Assembly (NCBI GenBank): GCA_030167865.1
Contig: JALAGF010004722.1
Location: forward strand, 1 to 38,854
Direction: 5' to 3'
DNA: 38,854 nt
DNA from: Craspedostauros australis
Lineage: Eukaryota
Of this stretch, positions 21,456 to 33,925 are shown in pieces. Numbering within the stretch: the first letter of the stretch is position 1; each line of letters starts with the position of its first letter. The position numbers and the translations under genes were made by a program. The notes beneath the pieces were generated by a model that ran no database searches, was not told the DNA's origin, and saw nothing but the letters and a program-made list of their open reading frames with translations.

Positions 21456-24400
21456 CTACTCCATGATCCACACGGATCCGAGACTCGTCTCCAGGCTCAG
21501 CGGCTTCGTTTCGTCGATGAACACAGGAGGGTCGCGCTCCGGAATGATCTCGTACCCCACCTTGCTGCCGATCTCGACCGCATTGTCCCATGCCATGTTC
21601 AGGAGATGGGACACGGCTGCGTTCTTCTTGAACGAATCGCGCACCGTGAAGTTCTGGTGGGCCTGCGTGATCACCTTGTGTGCGACGACTGCCAGCTCAC
21701 GCACCGTCTGGCGCACCTTTGGCGATGCGGACGAGTCCGGTTGCAGGAGCAGCTTTTTGGCCAGAATGCAGCACAGCTCACCGTGCATGGTGAACGGGCA
21801 CCACCCTGGGCGTGTGAGACAGAGTGTGGCAAACTGATCGTCTTCCGATTGTTTGGTCTCCATGTTGGCCAGGAGGGCTTCGCCGCCTCTCAGAGCGTAC
21901 TGGACACTTCCGGATGGCACGTTGGCCGAGTTGGGAGTCGCCCAGCAACGCAGCAGGAACTTGATGGTGGGGATCGAAACTTGGCTATCGGAGACGCCGG
22001 TTGGGGCACCGCGCCGCGACGAGTGATACTTGACGATGTACTGCTCGAAGACGTCGTTGAGCTTGTTGACTTGGTCTGGCAGATCCCTCAGGGACACCAC
22101 GCATGGCAGCAGGCACTTGAGGAGGCTGACCATCATGTAGCTATCCAGCTTGGGGACGAGCTCCGCGATGGTGTAGTTGAACGCCTCGAGCATCTCCTCC
22201 TGTCGGCTGGGACCTGCCGCGTAGAGCCAGATGACGCGGTTGGCCAGCGCATCCAATGCAAAGTCGATGCCGTAGATGTTGGAGATTTCGTACGAGTGCA
22301 CGCTGGCCGAGTACACGGCGGCCAGATCGGTGGCCGTGTTGATGGCATTGTCGAAGTCGCCTCTGGCAGCGAACACGTTGCAGACGGTTCCAAGCGCCTG
22401 CGAGTAGTGCGTCGTGTCCTTGTTTTCCAACTCGCGCGCTTCGTAGCTGAAGAAACAGGCCACATTCTCCTCGAAGTGTCGGTCGTCCGTTTGCAGCAAA
22501 CGTCCGTCGTTGATGCACGTGATGATCTTGCAGCAGATGGTGAAGACGACGGTCAGATCCTCCATCTTCGTGGAGGTGGGGCACTTCTGGTAGATCTCCA
22601 ACGCATCGAGCAGCGACTGTGCCGCACTGCGCATTCCGGAACGATCCCACGCCGCGGTGGTCGAAACGAACTCTCCCTTCTTCTTGAGGAAGACCAGGAC
22701 GTACTCGAGATGGGTCTGCGTGAAGGCCTTGATCTCTGCCGGTGCGAAGCCTCCGACCTCGTTGGCCTTGTGCTTGGCTCTGTGCTGGTGCTTCTCCACC
22801 ATCTCTTCGACAATCGACATTCCCTTGTCGCTCCATTCCTTTCTGTTTTCGAGGGCGTAGTTGAGGCACTCGTCGGACGAGACGCCGAAGACGCGGCACT
22901 GATCGAGCTTCTGCGCCAGCGGGATGATGTAGTTATCAAAGAACCAGAGTTCTCCGGCGTACCATCCGCCGGACGGATCCTTCTGCGCGCGGTTGGACTT
23001 GAAGGCGGAGTACATCTCCATGAAGAGGCGTTCGTTCCACTTCTTGTAGACGTTCCAATGCTGCATGGTGTGACTGACGTCGGCGGCCTGGATGATGTGC
23101 TCCAGAACGATGGTCGCCTTGAGGTTGAGGGCTTCCTCGACCATGTCATGTTCCGACGAATCATCGCCGCTGTTGGCGCCGTTGCCGTTCTCGAGCATCG
23201 CGGAGTGCAAGGAATCGAGATCGAGCGACTTCTTGCTGACATCGGACGCGCGTCGTGGTGCCTGCGTGGAGAATGCTTTGTCCCATCGCTGGTTACGCAG
23301 CGACTTCATCTTGGGATTGAAGATATCCGTGGCCATGACGAAGTTGACGACGTACTGTCGGAAGCGCTTGAGTTCATGCCTCGTGGTGAAGATGGATTGC
23401 TGCAGATCCCTGTACTCGGCGCTCATGAGGAGATTCCAGGCAATATCTACGGAGTTCTGCTCGGCCAGACTCTCGTTCTTGTAGCGGCGGGCGAAGTTGA
23501 CATTCTCCTTGCCGAGCTGGCCGTTGGGCACGCCGGTGTGGTCGACATCATGGATGAGGGCTCCGAAGACGACGGCGAATTGGGCCAGCGCGTCCGATGC
23601 GATACCGTAGGTGTGATCGTGGAGTCTGGTGGAGTTCTCGGCCTTGTCGATGTGACCGCCTTCATCTTCGGGTGCCACGATACGCTTGAGGAGCTTGACG
23701 GAGGCCATGGTGACGTGACTGGCATGCTCGAAGCTGTGGAAGGAGTTGAATCGGTAGCGGTCCGAGATGGCGGCGACGTATTCGCGCAGCTGCTCCTTGA
23801 CTTCGTCCGGGAGTTCGACGTCCTTGGCCTCGGCTTGGGATGCCTTGCCATCTCTGTGTGCGGCCTGCTTGGGCATGGAAAAGGCTTCTACGACCTCATC
23901 GAGGACCATGTCCCCCTTCTCGACGCAGTTGTCTGGGAACTGAAGGAGGTCGATATCCTGCTTGTTGGATCCGAAGTGGTTCTTCTTGGTGGCGGGTCCC
24001 TGCAGGTCTCGGCGCTGGACGATGACCTCCTTGAGCTGCGTTTCGAGGAGCTGGACCAACCAGTCGATGAGACGTTGCTGCTTTGCATTTCTGGACCATG
24101 ATGGGAGGACGGAGTCGCTCTTCTTCTGCGAGACTCCCTCCTCATCCTCATCTTCCTCATCGGAATCATCGTTGGCGTGGAAGACGGTCTTGGCGTTGGT
24201 GCGCGTGGTGTAGACGGACTGTGCACTGCGTCCCTTGGCGGAGGTGGCGAGCCAGAATGTCTTGAGGATGCCCTTGCCCTTGGCATGCACGGCGTTGAGA
24301 CGTTCTCGCACCCATCCTCTCTTTCCGTTCTGGATGAGGAGACGCGCCGTGGTCTCTGAGATCTGGATGCGGCTCTTGAGGCATGTGCTCTCCATGCGGC

Positions 24401-26891
24401 TGGCCGTGTTGACGGTGTCCCCGAATAGCTGGAAGCGCGTCTTCTGTCCTCGCAGGACACCTGCCGTGACCTGTCCGCTGTGCATTCCGATCTTGAGACG
24501 CAGCTCACCGGTGTCTGGTCCCAGGCTGATCTCTAGCATTCTGAACTGTTCGTGGACGCGGTGCATGCAGTCACGTGCGAAACGTGCCATGCGCAGGGCG
24601 TGGTCGGATTGCGGATCGGGCAGGCCAGTGACGGCCATGTAGGAGTCTCCGATGGTCTCGACCTTGAACACGCCACGGCGGCGAGCCAGAGCGTCCATGG
24701 TTTGGAAGATGTTTTCCAACAAGGTGAAGACCTGTTCATTGTGGGTATTGTGATTGTTGTTGTTGTGTGTGATTGTTGTGATTGTTTTGGATGGGAAAGT
24801 GTGTGAGTTGATGATGGACAAGAGGTTGCACACTTGCGTTGCTTGTCATGTCCTGCTGCCTTCCACCTGTCACCAAAGTGAGCCACCACAACAACCACCA
24901 ACGCAATACAACAACAAACGACACAATATACAACAACCACCATACGACATTGCACATACCTGCTCCGGTTCACGTTCGGAACTCCAAGCACTGAATCCCG
25001 AAATATCCGTGAAAGCGACTGTACAGTACGGAAATAGCTCGGCCAACGGACTCTGATGCAAGATGGACATATCATCTTCGCCGGTCGTGGGCTGATTGCT
25101 CTTGGGCCCATGCGTGCTGGTGAGAAGCGACTTGAGCTCCTGCTTGGGATGCGAATACTGCGGAGGCGCGCTTTCGGCCGCCGCCGCCGGCGGTGGTTGG
25201 TTGGCGCCGCTGCCGTCGTTGGGTTGATTGAGGATGCGCTGCAGGACGCGCTGCGGGAACATCTGTTTGGCGACGGCGTGATCGACCTTTGAGTTCTCGA
25301 GGACCTGCACGAGTTTGGATCGGATGGTGCGGTCGTAGTAGACGGCGCCGAGCATGGCGAGGATGAGGAGGACGATGATGAGGGCGGTCGTGAGGTAGAT
25401 GTTGACGAAGAGGCCGTCATCGTCGTCATCGTCGTGGGCGTCCGTGGTGGTGGGGTAGACGGCGATGGTGTAGCGGCAGTCGGACGATGGCAGGAGGGTG
25501 TGGTCGAGGGCGAGCTTGCGCTCGAAGTCGCCGTTGCTGTGGCTGTCGCTGAAGCCGAGCGGCGTGACGGAGTTGTCCTCGTTGATCTGGAAGGTGAAGA
25601 CGCCGTCGCAGGTGTTGGACAGGACCAGCCTCTGCGTGTCGTCGTTCTCGTCGTCTTGGTCGACCGCCCTGGCCGAGCGCATGACGGTGTCGAGGAAGCG
25701 GCTCCAATCGACGAGGACGGAGAGGATGGCGTCGGCCCCGTTGACAGAGGCGATGGGGTAGTGCAGCCAGGAGACGGGCGTCGTGGATGCATCGAAGGAG
25801 AGGTCGTTGTCGCCCGTCATGCCCCTGAAGTAGGTGACGTAAGAAGCAGAGGCTGCGTCCACGAAGTTGCCGAGGTTGCCCGGCTTGACGGAGGAGGCCG
25901 CCGCCGGCAGGACGAGCTGCGTGAGGTCATCGCCGATGGCCCAGAGATGGACGGGCTGCAGCTGCGCCACGGGGTGGTCCGCGACCGGCTTCGTGGTGGG
26001 CAGCACAGGCAGCAGAGCGTCCACCTTTGCCGTGGCCGTGGTGAGGACGACCTGCTGTTGGTGATCGACTATGTGCGACTGGCGCTTGATGGCGGAGCCG
26101 GTGGGCCAGGAGGTGTTGGAGGCCCTGAGGGTGGCGGCCCAGTCCTGCTTGAGCTGCTGCGAGTCGAGGACGGGGGAGACGACGGTGAGGACGATGGGCG
26201 AGTCCGTCTGGTGCTGGTGCTTGGCGGTGCCGGGCATGGCCATCTGATCGAGGTCCGGGAAGAAGGGGAAGGCGGCCAGGGAGGCGTCGCTTGTGGGGTA
26301 GGTCACGGCGCTGCGACTGAGGCCGTCGACGAAGCGCAGCATCTGGTCGTACTCCTGCTGGACGAGGTCGAGGATCTTGGCGGCCTCGATGTCGTAGACG
26401 GAGGAGAACTTGTCGCTGTTGTACTGGCGGAAGACGAGGACGTGGAAGGTGGGGACGCCGAGGATGAGCACCACGAAGCAGGCCCAGAGCGCGGCGCGCA
26501 GCCAGTACACGGTGTCGCGGTCGGCGGGCTCTTCGCCATCGTCGTTGCCCCGCCGCTTGCTGCGCTTGGTGGTGCGCTTCTTGTTGCCGTGGAAGGACCA
26601 CACGGAGGCATCGTCATCGTCGCTGTCGTCGTCCGCGTTCGGGAGGTACAGGCTGGCGTCGTCCTGCTGCTTCTCCTCGTCGTTGAACGTCTCCTGCCTC
26701 TCTCCCCCATGCGACTGCTGCGACTGCGGCTGCACCTTGGACTGCTCCATCTTCGGCAGGAAGCCGTTGCGGTTGCTCACTGGGGCGCACGAAGACGCGT
26801 CACCTTCGCTTCCGGAGGACGAGCTGTCATCCTCCATTTCGAACGAAGAATTTGACGCATTCTGCTTCAGCGCGCTCTTCAGAGGTGCCAT
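21456..26891 (-). CDS. Receptor-type class III nucleotide (probably guanylate) cyclase / class I phosphodiesterase fusion; exons 26891-24960 and 24731-21456; ~1735 aa
   Basis: Two TM segments flank a ~350-aa extracellular region. Cyclase motifs: TVAFTDISGFSAWS, KVETIGDSYMAV, IGMHSG, RFQLFGDTVNTASRMES. PDE motifs: FHSFEHASHV, IHDVDHTGVPN, ATDI, ADVSH. Intron 24732-24959 (GTATGT..AACAG, phase 0) joins EREPEQ|VFTLLE in frame. Confidence 0.95.
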
Positions 26892-29800
26892 CTTGCTGTT
26901 ATTGCTGCTATAGCTGCTCCTGTTATTGCTGATGTGTTGTCTGTTGCTGTTGTATGAGCTATGGTATCTATGGAGAAGGTCAGGCAGCAGCGAGGTATTG
27001 GGATGCACCTTCGCTGACTATCTGTATCTGTATCCGTATTGGTGCTGCTCGAATAATGCTGTGCTCCTGTTTTCTTGTTCTTGCTCGTTTTTCTTGCTCG
27101 TTTTTCTTGCTGTGCCTGTACTTGTGCCTGTCGTGCTGCTTGTCCCTACGTGGTTATCTGCGTTTCCTCCCGTTTTGTGCGCAGAATGACTTTCGGCAGT
27201 GCTTGGATTCGGTTTGGTACAGCAATAATCGCGCTTGGGCGGAAATACTATTTTGGGGCGCTGGACGCTTTCCACCCCTCCGTGGACTCAATTCCTTTCC
27301 TTTCCTTGTCTGTGCGTCGATTGCTTTCTTTGGCTTTCCTGGTTTTGGGGTTGTCTCGTTGGTTGTCTCGTTGGACGTCGAGCGATTGTTGCCGGTATCG
27401 TTGTCGTCGTCGTTGTGGCCTTTCTCACCTGGCCAGAGGAGTATTGCAAGTCCAAATGAAGGGGAGGTTTCGTTGACGTCTCTTCTTGTCTCTGCGATGG
27501 TGTAAGGGTGCGATGCTGCTCTCTCTCTCTTGCCTTTGCTATCGTTGTTATCGTTGTTGTTATCGTTGTTGTTGTTGATGATGAGGCCAGGTTGGGTGTG
27601 TGTTCTCTGCGTTCTTTGTTGCTTCCATTTGGGGTTGTGCTGCCGCGTCATGTTCTGGTGGTGGGAGACACAACCTCTTCTGCTGCCCACAAATCAGAGT
27701 GAAGCAGGCAGAGTTATCTTTCCTCTTCCACGACCTACCACGTGACGCCGATCTTTAGTTCCCCCAAACATTGCCACGTTCCCGCAGCCGTTTCTGCCAA
27801 CAAACAGCGGCGCAAAAAACTCCCAATCTGTACACGCCCAATCCGTATTCGTGATGTTCCTATCTCAGATGTCCATTGGGCCTAACTTTGGAGCCAATAC
27901 TCATGGCGAAGTGCCCAAAAGCCGGTATGGGGCACAAATATCAAGATGTCAAGGGTCATCGAACAAAGGGTCATCTAAGGCCCAAAGAATGGTAATGATC
28001 ATCCGACATTCACGGCGACACGGCAACCAAACGAGGATCATAACTTGAACTTCGCTATCTTGCCACCAGAACAAAGACCGTTTCGTTTTCGCATGACCGG
28101 CAGTGACATTCGAAAACGCAAGATGACAGGCTACGCGTGTGAGTATAGGAATCTATCTGTCATAGCCCGCAGCCGACAAGACGATCACCGTGGGTTCTTG
28201 ACCAATGGATGAGATGGCCATCTCCACGCCTCCAGCCAGAATAGATCGAGACTACTCGTAGCCTGATTGCAGCTTCTCTCCTGCGGCGGTTCCAGTTTGG
28301 GGACAGCGAGCGGGGAAGCAACATCCATTCCATCAGACGACGAATCCCAGCGGTAGCCATCATCTCACTTCGAGAACGCGCTGGTTGGCCCAAGGCGCTT
28401 CATCGTATTGTGGTTCGCACTCGCGTCCCAGCATGGTGCCGGGATATGACAAGTCCACACCTCTGAGGTATAAGACACATTGCTCGAAGTTAGTAGAGTA
28501 CACAACCACATCGCTCAAGCACACTCTCATGTCAGTCGCCCGCTGCACGGATGATTCTTTCCGTGGCAGTGACGTTCAGGCAGCACCTCCATTGGCGCGT
28601 TTCTACCCCTGCCCAATCATCGATGAGGTTTGTCTTGGGCTTCTGGAATGCTCAAACACATGGCGGTCCAAGATGCATCCAAACAAGAGATCGAACGAGT
28701 GCTCAATCGGCCACGCTCTATCCGAAGGATGGGATCAGCAGCTCTGCCCCTGTCGCGGCTCGATCTATCGACCACAAACGAAGACCTCCATTGACGCAAC
28801 GAGTACATGAGTACTCTCAGAGACAGAGAGCAGGGTCTTGTGTCCTCGATTGCACGAGCAAGGTCAGGTGATGCATCACGAGGACGCATACTCGACACCA
28901 ACTTGACCATTTCGATGCAGAGGCGATACTCTTCATGGGTTGCGAGTGGAACATTGTGATTCTGTACTAGCAGCAGGGTGGCCATGGATCGTCACATGGA
29001 AGAATCGGAAAGATACGTGTGCCGCACAAGTACGTACTTGTGCTCATACACCCAAAGCAATCACAAGCAATGATCAGGAGGCGTTCTTGCTGTCCACCAG
29101 AGAGCAAGATGTTGCAATCCAACGGCGTTGTGCGGACCGGTGGCGGTTGCGATACTCCAGTACAACCGGCTGTGTTTGTGCCACCATGCAATGGTGCACA
29201 GGATGGGAAACGGTTTTGCTCCGTGAGAATGCACAATTCAGCACAGCCAGGTACAAAGTCATCCACAGGAGAAGCAGCGTTTACCTCATGGAAGCGCATC
29301 ACCATGGAGATCTCTGCTAGGCGACATGCAAACAACCGGACACCCGCAAATGGTGCACTCTTTCATGGAGCAGTGTTGATGTCTTCAAAGGGGAATCGAT
29401 TGTGCATGCACTGCGCATGACAAGGAGAGAAGTTGAAAGTCATCGGACCTCAGGCCTACACCCTCCAGTTCTCCGCGTTTTGCCCTGTCTGCGATACGAG
29501 GAAGACCACGCCATTTGCAGACACCGACCCCATAGATCACGAGGCACTGACGGGAATGTAGAACCGCGTGAAGCGCAGCAATGACAATTTGCAAGATGTC
29601 TTGGATAGCGCCAGGTTGGCTTGCAACTACTACACAACTTCGCACGAACTTGGACCCGCTCCTCCTCAACTGTCCAGGTGTCTCTTCATCCGCCGATTGG
29701 ACTGTTCGGTTCATTCCCATCTCTTCACTCGCCAGCATCGAAGGTAACAATTCGACATGATGTTGGATGTCAATGCTGTCTGAATTGGTGTGGATGAACA

Positions 29801-30919
29801 CAATGAGCGGCAATGGATCATTGAGAAGAACGATGCGCAGCTTCCTTTGATACCGTACAACGGTTGTGCCGATGGCGACTCCTCGCGTGATGTCATTGTG
29901 GGTAACACAATACTGGCCATTGTCTGCGGCATCTCTTTGTCATGCCCACGACAAGTTGCGATTATGAAGAGCGCTTCCATCGATCCACCGATCATCTGTT
30001 CAGATCTTTCGAGTTGCCTCTGTCAGATGCTTCTCGCACATTTTGTGAGGGAAACAAGCGAAGAGAACGAGAACTGCGACTCAAAGCGTTTCATTCACGT
30101 TGGTGTCACAACTTGTCGCTTGGGAGACGCATGCGACACGTCCACGGAAAGTTCATTTATGCAACTTGCGACTCACCCAGGCTCGATTTATGAGTTGGAA
30201 ACTTCTGGCTTGTCACCGGGCGAGCCAGATATCATGTGTTATCGAGTGTTCGACGGAGTCAAGTCAAATGAATATATTTATTCACATTTCTAAGTTCAAT
30301 TCACGCTAAAGTGAAGCAAACATTCTGGAGAACGAACAAGCGCCCGCAAACAAGACTCATTACCAATGTATTCAGAAATTATATTTATTACACATGGCTT
30401 CCCACATCACCGATTGCACACACATCCACACGTTCCAGACCCTCCGAGAAAGATCTCGGTGGTGCTTTCTGTTCGATTCTGTCTTCCTTTCTTGGACACA
30501 CATGGAAAGCGCAGATACTTCACTGACGCCATGCACTGAATGGATGATACCAAACTCTGGAGTGTGCTCGTATGGAATGGCAGTGGCGGGACCTTCACAG
30601 CTCTGGCTTTCTCAATTCGCGACAATCAACAGACCCATCAATTCGAAATTCAAAACAAACACTTCATCGCAATCCACGTGATGAACGATTGAACCATCCC
30701 GCCAGCCAAACAAACAAGGAAATCGAGAGGTCAATTGATTGTTTGCCTCCATGTGCTCATAATCGCACAGTATCCTTCGATACGAACGCACAGCAAAACA
30801 CTAACACCTTGCTGCAGCACAACAAGGCAGCCACAAACGAAGGAAGACGCAGTTGACCAAACCAGCATCAATTCTCACCATCTTCAACATCGCACATCGC
30901 ACATCGCACATCGAGAAAC

Positions 30920-32469
30920 ATGCAGGACGTTCCAAGAGAAGTGGAGAACTGCTGTGGCCGTGTTGGGAGGTGCGTACCGAAGATGGTTGCCAGCAGCGGT
31001 GAATATTGCGACGTTGGTTTGTCAAGTTGCATCATGTTACCACCATGGCCTGATGGCACTCTTCTCATTTCATTCTATTTCGTTCTATTCCGTGTTGCTG
31101 CGCGGACCCACTCGAATTGATGCACGCCCATCCGCACACTTTCATCATCAACACCCCTCACCTCCAACACTACCAACACCATCGCTACATTCTCGTTTGG
31201 TTGCGCAGGACGCTTGCATTCCTCCTGATCGGCTGTGCCATCGCGTGCACCATCGTCACCTGCGTGCGATGTGACTTTTACGAATTCACCACCATCGACG
31301 GCCGCCCATCCTCGCAGCTTGATCCACCGTTCGCCAGCGCCACAGTCGTCGAGATCGGTGTCTTCAAGTACCGCATCGTGGACTCTTCGGATCCTGGCCA
31401 GGAGATGGACGCCTGCAGAGAATTCGCCAATCTCTTTCAAGAGTTCGATTCCGGCACGGGCAGCGGCAACAACTACTGGGCGGCCGCTCAGATCATCATG
31501 GTGATAGCCGCGTTGGCTGGATCCCTGGCATTCTGCACCAATTTCGTTGAAGTCATTTGCTGCAACTTCTACTGCAGCCACATGGTCACATCCACGCTCC
31601 TCTTCATCGCGGGCATCTTGCAAGGCTGTTCCTTCCTGTTGTTCGCAGATCACACCTTCTGCTTGCAACAGGATGTCATCGGAAATCACAGATGCGAGCT
31701 GGCCGTCGCGTCGTACGCGTCGTTCGTTGCGGTCGGCGGATATCTTCTTGCAGGGACAATCTTGGGTTGCTTACCGCGGCCGGATCCTTGTGTCGGATCC
31801 GTCTGCTGCAATATTGATTGGGACAAGACGACGCGTGACTATGGCAAGAAAGGAGATGGTCAGGACAACGGTGACTACGGTGATGATGAGGAGGCGTACG
31901 ACTACCACAGCAGAGGCGACATGACTCCGCATGGTACTCCGATGAAGCAGGAACACGACAGCGACATGACGCCCGTCAAGAGTTCGCGACGAGGTTCATA
32001 TGATAGCCAAACCCGCATGGTCGATGACTACGAATATCACCCGGAAATCGCACCCACCATGCGGGAGAGCAGCGACGAAGAGGAGGAGTACTTCACGACA
32101 GAGGACGAGGCGGACTTTGCATCCGAATCGAGCTCCGAATCGGTCTCCGAGTCAGAGTCAGGATCTGAAGGAGAGTGGGCCACCGAAATCGAGTCCAACC
32201 GATCCGCGAGTCTCACACCTACACGTTCAAGCCCAGATGCCTTCACACCATCTCCGTCACCTGCTTTCGTAGCTCCACCCCTGCCTCCACCTGTCTTCAC
32301 GAACCGGTCACCTCCACCATCGCCGGAAATACGCAGGCCCATGAGGACGAAGAGCACCGCAACCATCGACACCACCGGATCGAACGTGTCCGCGGCATTA
32401 GTGAGCCGATTCATCAGTCTCAGCAATCGCAACCTTCCTCGCGCTGAGCCGCGTGATGAATGCGAGTGA
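30920..32469 (+). CDS. Four-TM claudin-like membrane protein with a long acidic/Pro-rich tail; exons 30920-30969 and 31209-32469; ~436 aa
   Basis: Four hydrophobic segments, a GVF..C loop motif after TM1, and Cys-rich juxtamembrane stretches. A GTGCGT..GCAG intron at 30970-31208 (phase 2) joins MQDVPREVENCCGRVG-R to TLAFLLIGCAIAC in frame. Exon 1 is inferred. Confidence 0.75.
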
Positions 32470-32956
32470 ACGCACACTGTATACATGTACAATAGCCATC
32501 ATTTGCTGGATATGAAAGTGGCATTGCCGTATTGTATAATACCATTCCATGGCATCCACAGGGAGGGAATGCACTGATATGCCTGACCCACACACCTGCA
32601 GACAACATATAATATATTCTATTCTATTAGTTATTTTCATCCTCGTGACAATGTTTGGGTGCACAATGGTTACTACAAACATGATACCCAAAGCAAGTGA
32701 GAAGGCAACGATCAAGAAGAGTACCGTGCACAGGCTGACGGTAACAACAAGAATTCTGGGGCTGCGTGTGGCATGCGTCCATCAAGAGTGCATACTAGTA
32801 CTAGAATATACGAGGAATAGCGTTGTGCTTGTGCGACCAATCATGTGTACTATATAACATAACATTATTGTTGATAACTATTATGTGTACCGACACGAAC
32901 AAAGTGTCTCTTCGAATTCGCAAAACTGTTGCAGGTCTATCTACGACTCCCGCGCT

Positions 32957-33925
32957 CTATTCGTAGTATGGCAAGTTGCGCAACGCAGTGGGAGGGCTGC
33001 GAAACGCCTGCGGCACTGCCACCGACTGCGAGGACGATGGCGACAACGACGGCATGGCTCCACGCTTGCCACCACATATCGATTCGTTGCGTTGCTTCAC
33101 CGGCATGCAAGGTGGCTTATCGCAATCAGCGCGAGGATCCAGCGCGCCTCGCACAACGGCGCTGCCGTCCATAATCTCAACGGACACCGCTACTGCCGGG
33201 TTGCTATTGATGATCTTCGTGGCACCATCCAGAACGTCATGAACATGCTTCAGGCGTGAGATATCGTGCGTCACCACGGGCAGCGAATCGTCCGGCCCGT
33301 CCAATCGAGACTGACCCCTGGAGCCCTCCTCGCTGTCGATCGACCGCCGGCGCACCGTCGGGACGGGCACCTGATCGTTGGTGCGGGGTGGGCCTGTGTT
33401 CAGCATCATGTCGCACACCGATGTGCGGTGGCGCCTCGAAGTTGTAGGCGCCGCGCTATTGCGTCCGGCGATGCTGGTATCCCAGCGATCGAACGTGGAC
33501 TTCTTCAACGGAAATGTATCGCTTCTGCGCCTCGATGGGCGTGGCTGTTTAGGTGACAGGCGGACGCGCTTGCGGGAGCCTCGTTGCGTCGCCGGCGACG
33601 CTGCCGGATCTGCAATGAGGATGATAGAGGACGGGCTTTGGCCGTTGGCGCAAAGCGATGGCGCCTTGGGTGTGCCTGGCGGGATCTGGAGTCGACGTGG
33701 TGCACCCATCATGAGGGAAGGGCTGCGGATGCATTCGTTCAGGTCGGAGGTATTGTATAGATTATGCTGTGCTTGTTGTCGCTGTGTTTGCTGAGGTTGA
33801 TCCTGTGAGCACTGTTGCTGCTGGTGCTGGTGCTGGTGCAGTTGTTGCTGACAATCCAAAACCTGAACTTGCCGCTCAAGTGCCAAGGTGGCAAAGTACT
33901 GATCCAGCGATGAAGGCTCCACCAT
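32957..33925 (-). CDS. Hypothetical low-complexity protein (322 aa), same motif family as 11212..11775
   Basis: ATG-initiated ORF. Motifs: SSLDQYFA, IILIADPA, FDRWD, VPVPTVRRRS, CDKPPCMPVKQ. Confidence 0.75.
   Translation of the reverse strand: MVEPSSLDQYFATLALERQVQVLDCQQQLHQHQHQQQQCSQDQPQQTQRQQAQHNLYNTSDLNECIRSPSLMMGAPRRLQIPPGTPKAPSLCANGQSPSSIILIADPAASPATQRGSRKRVRLSPKQPRPSRRRSDTFPLKKSTFDRWDTSIAGRNSAAPTTSRRHRTSVCDMMLNTGPPRTNDQVPVPTVRRRSIDSEEGSRGQSRLDGPDDSLPVVTHDISRLKHVHDVLDGATKIINSNPAVAVSVEIMDGSAVVRGALDPRADCDKPPCMPVKQRNESICGGKRGAMPSLSPSSSQSVAVPQAFRSPPTALRNLPYYE

Noticed and set aside
21291..24101. 936-aa ORF on the + strand
   Set aside because: It is the codon-aligned antisense shadow of the cyclase-PDE exon 2, expected from biased codon usage. 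It has no recognisable motifs and a non-ATG start.
24732..24959. N-terminus of the 1125-aa ORF and C-terminus of the 712-aa ORF as separate genes
   Set aside because: This is a CAA-rich GT-AG intron; splicing it restores a continuous cyclase domain.
25434..26855. 473-aa + strand ORF and other long overlapping ORFs
   Set aside because: These are antisense or alternative-frame shadows of the GC-rich exon 1 of the cyclase gene.
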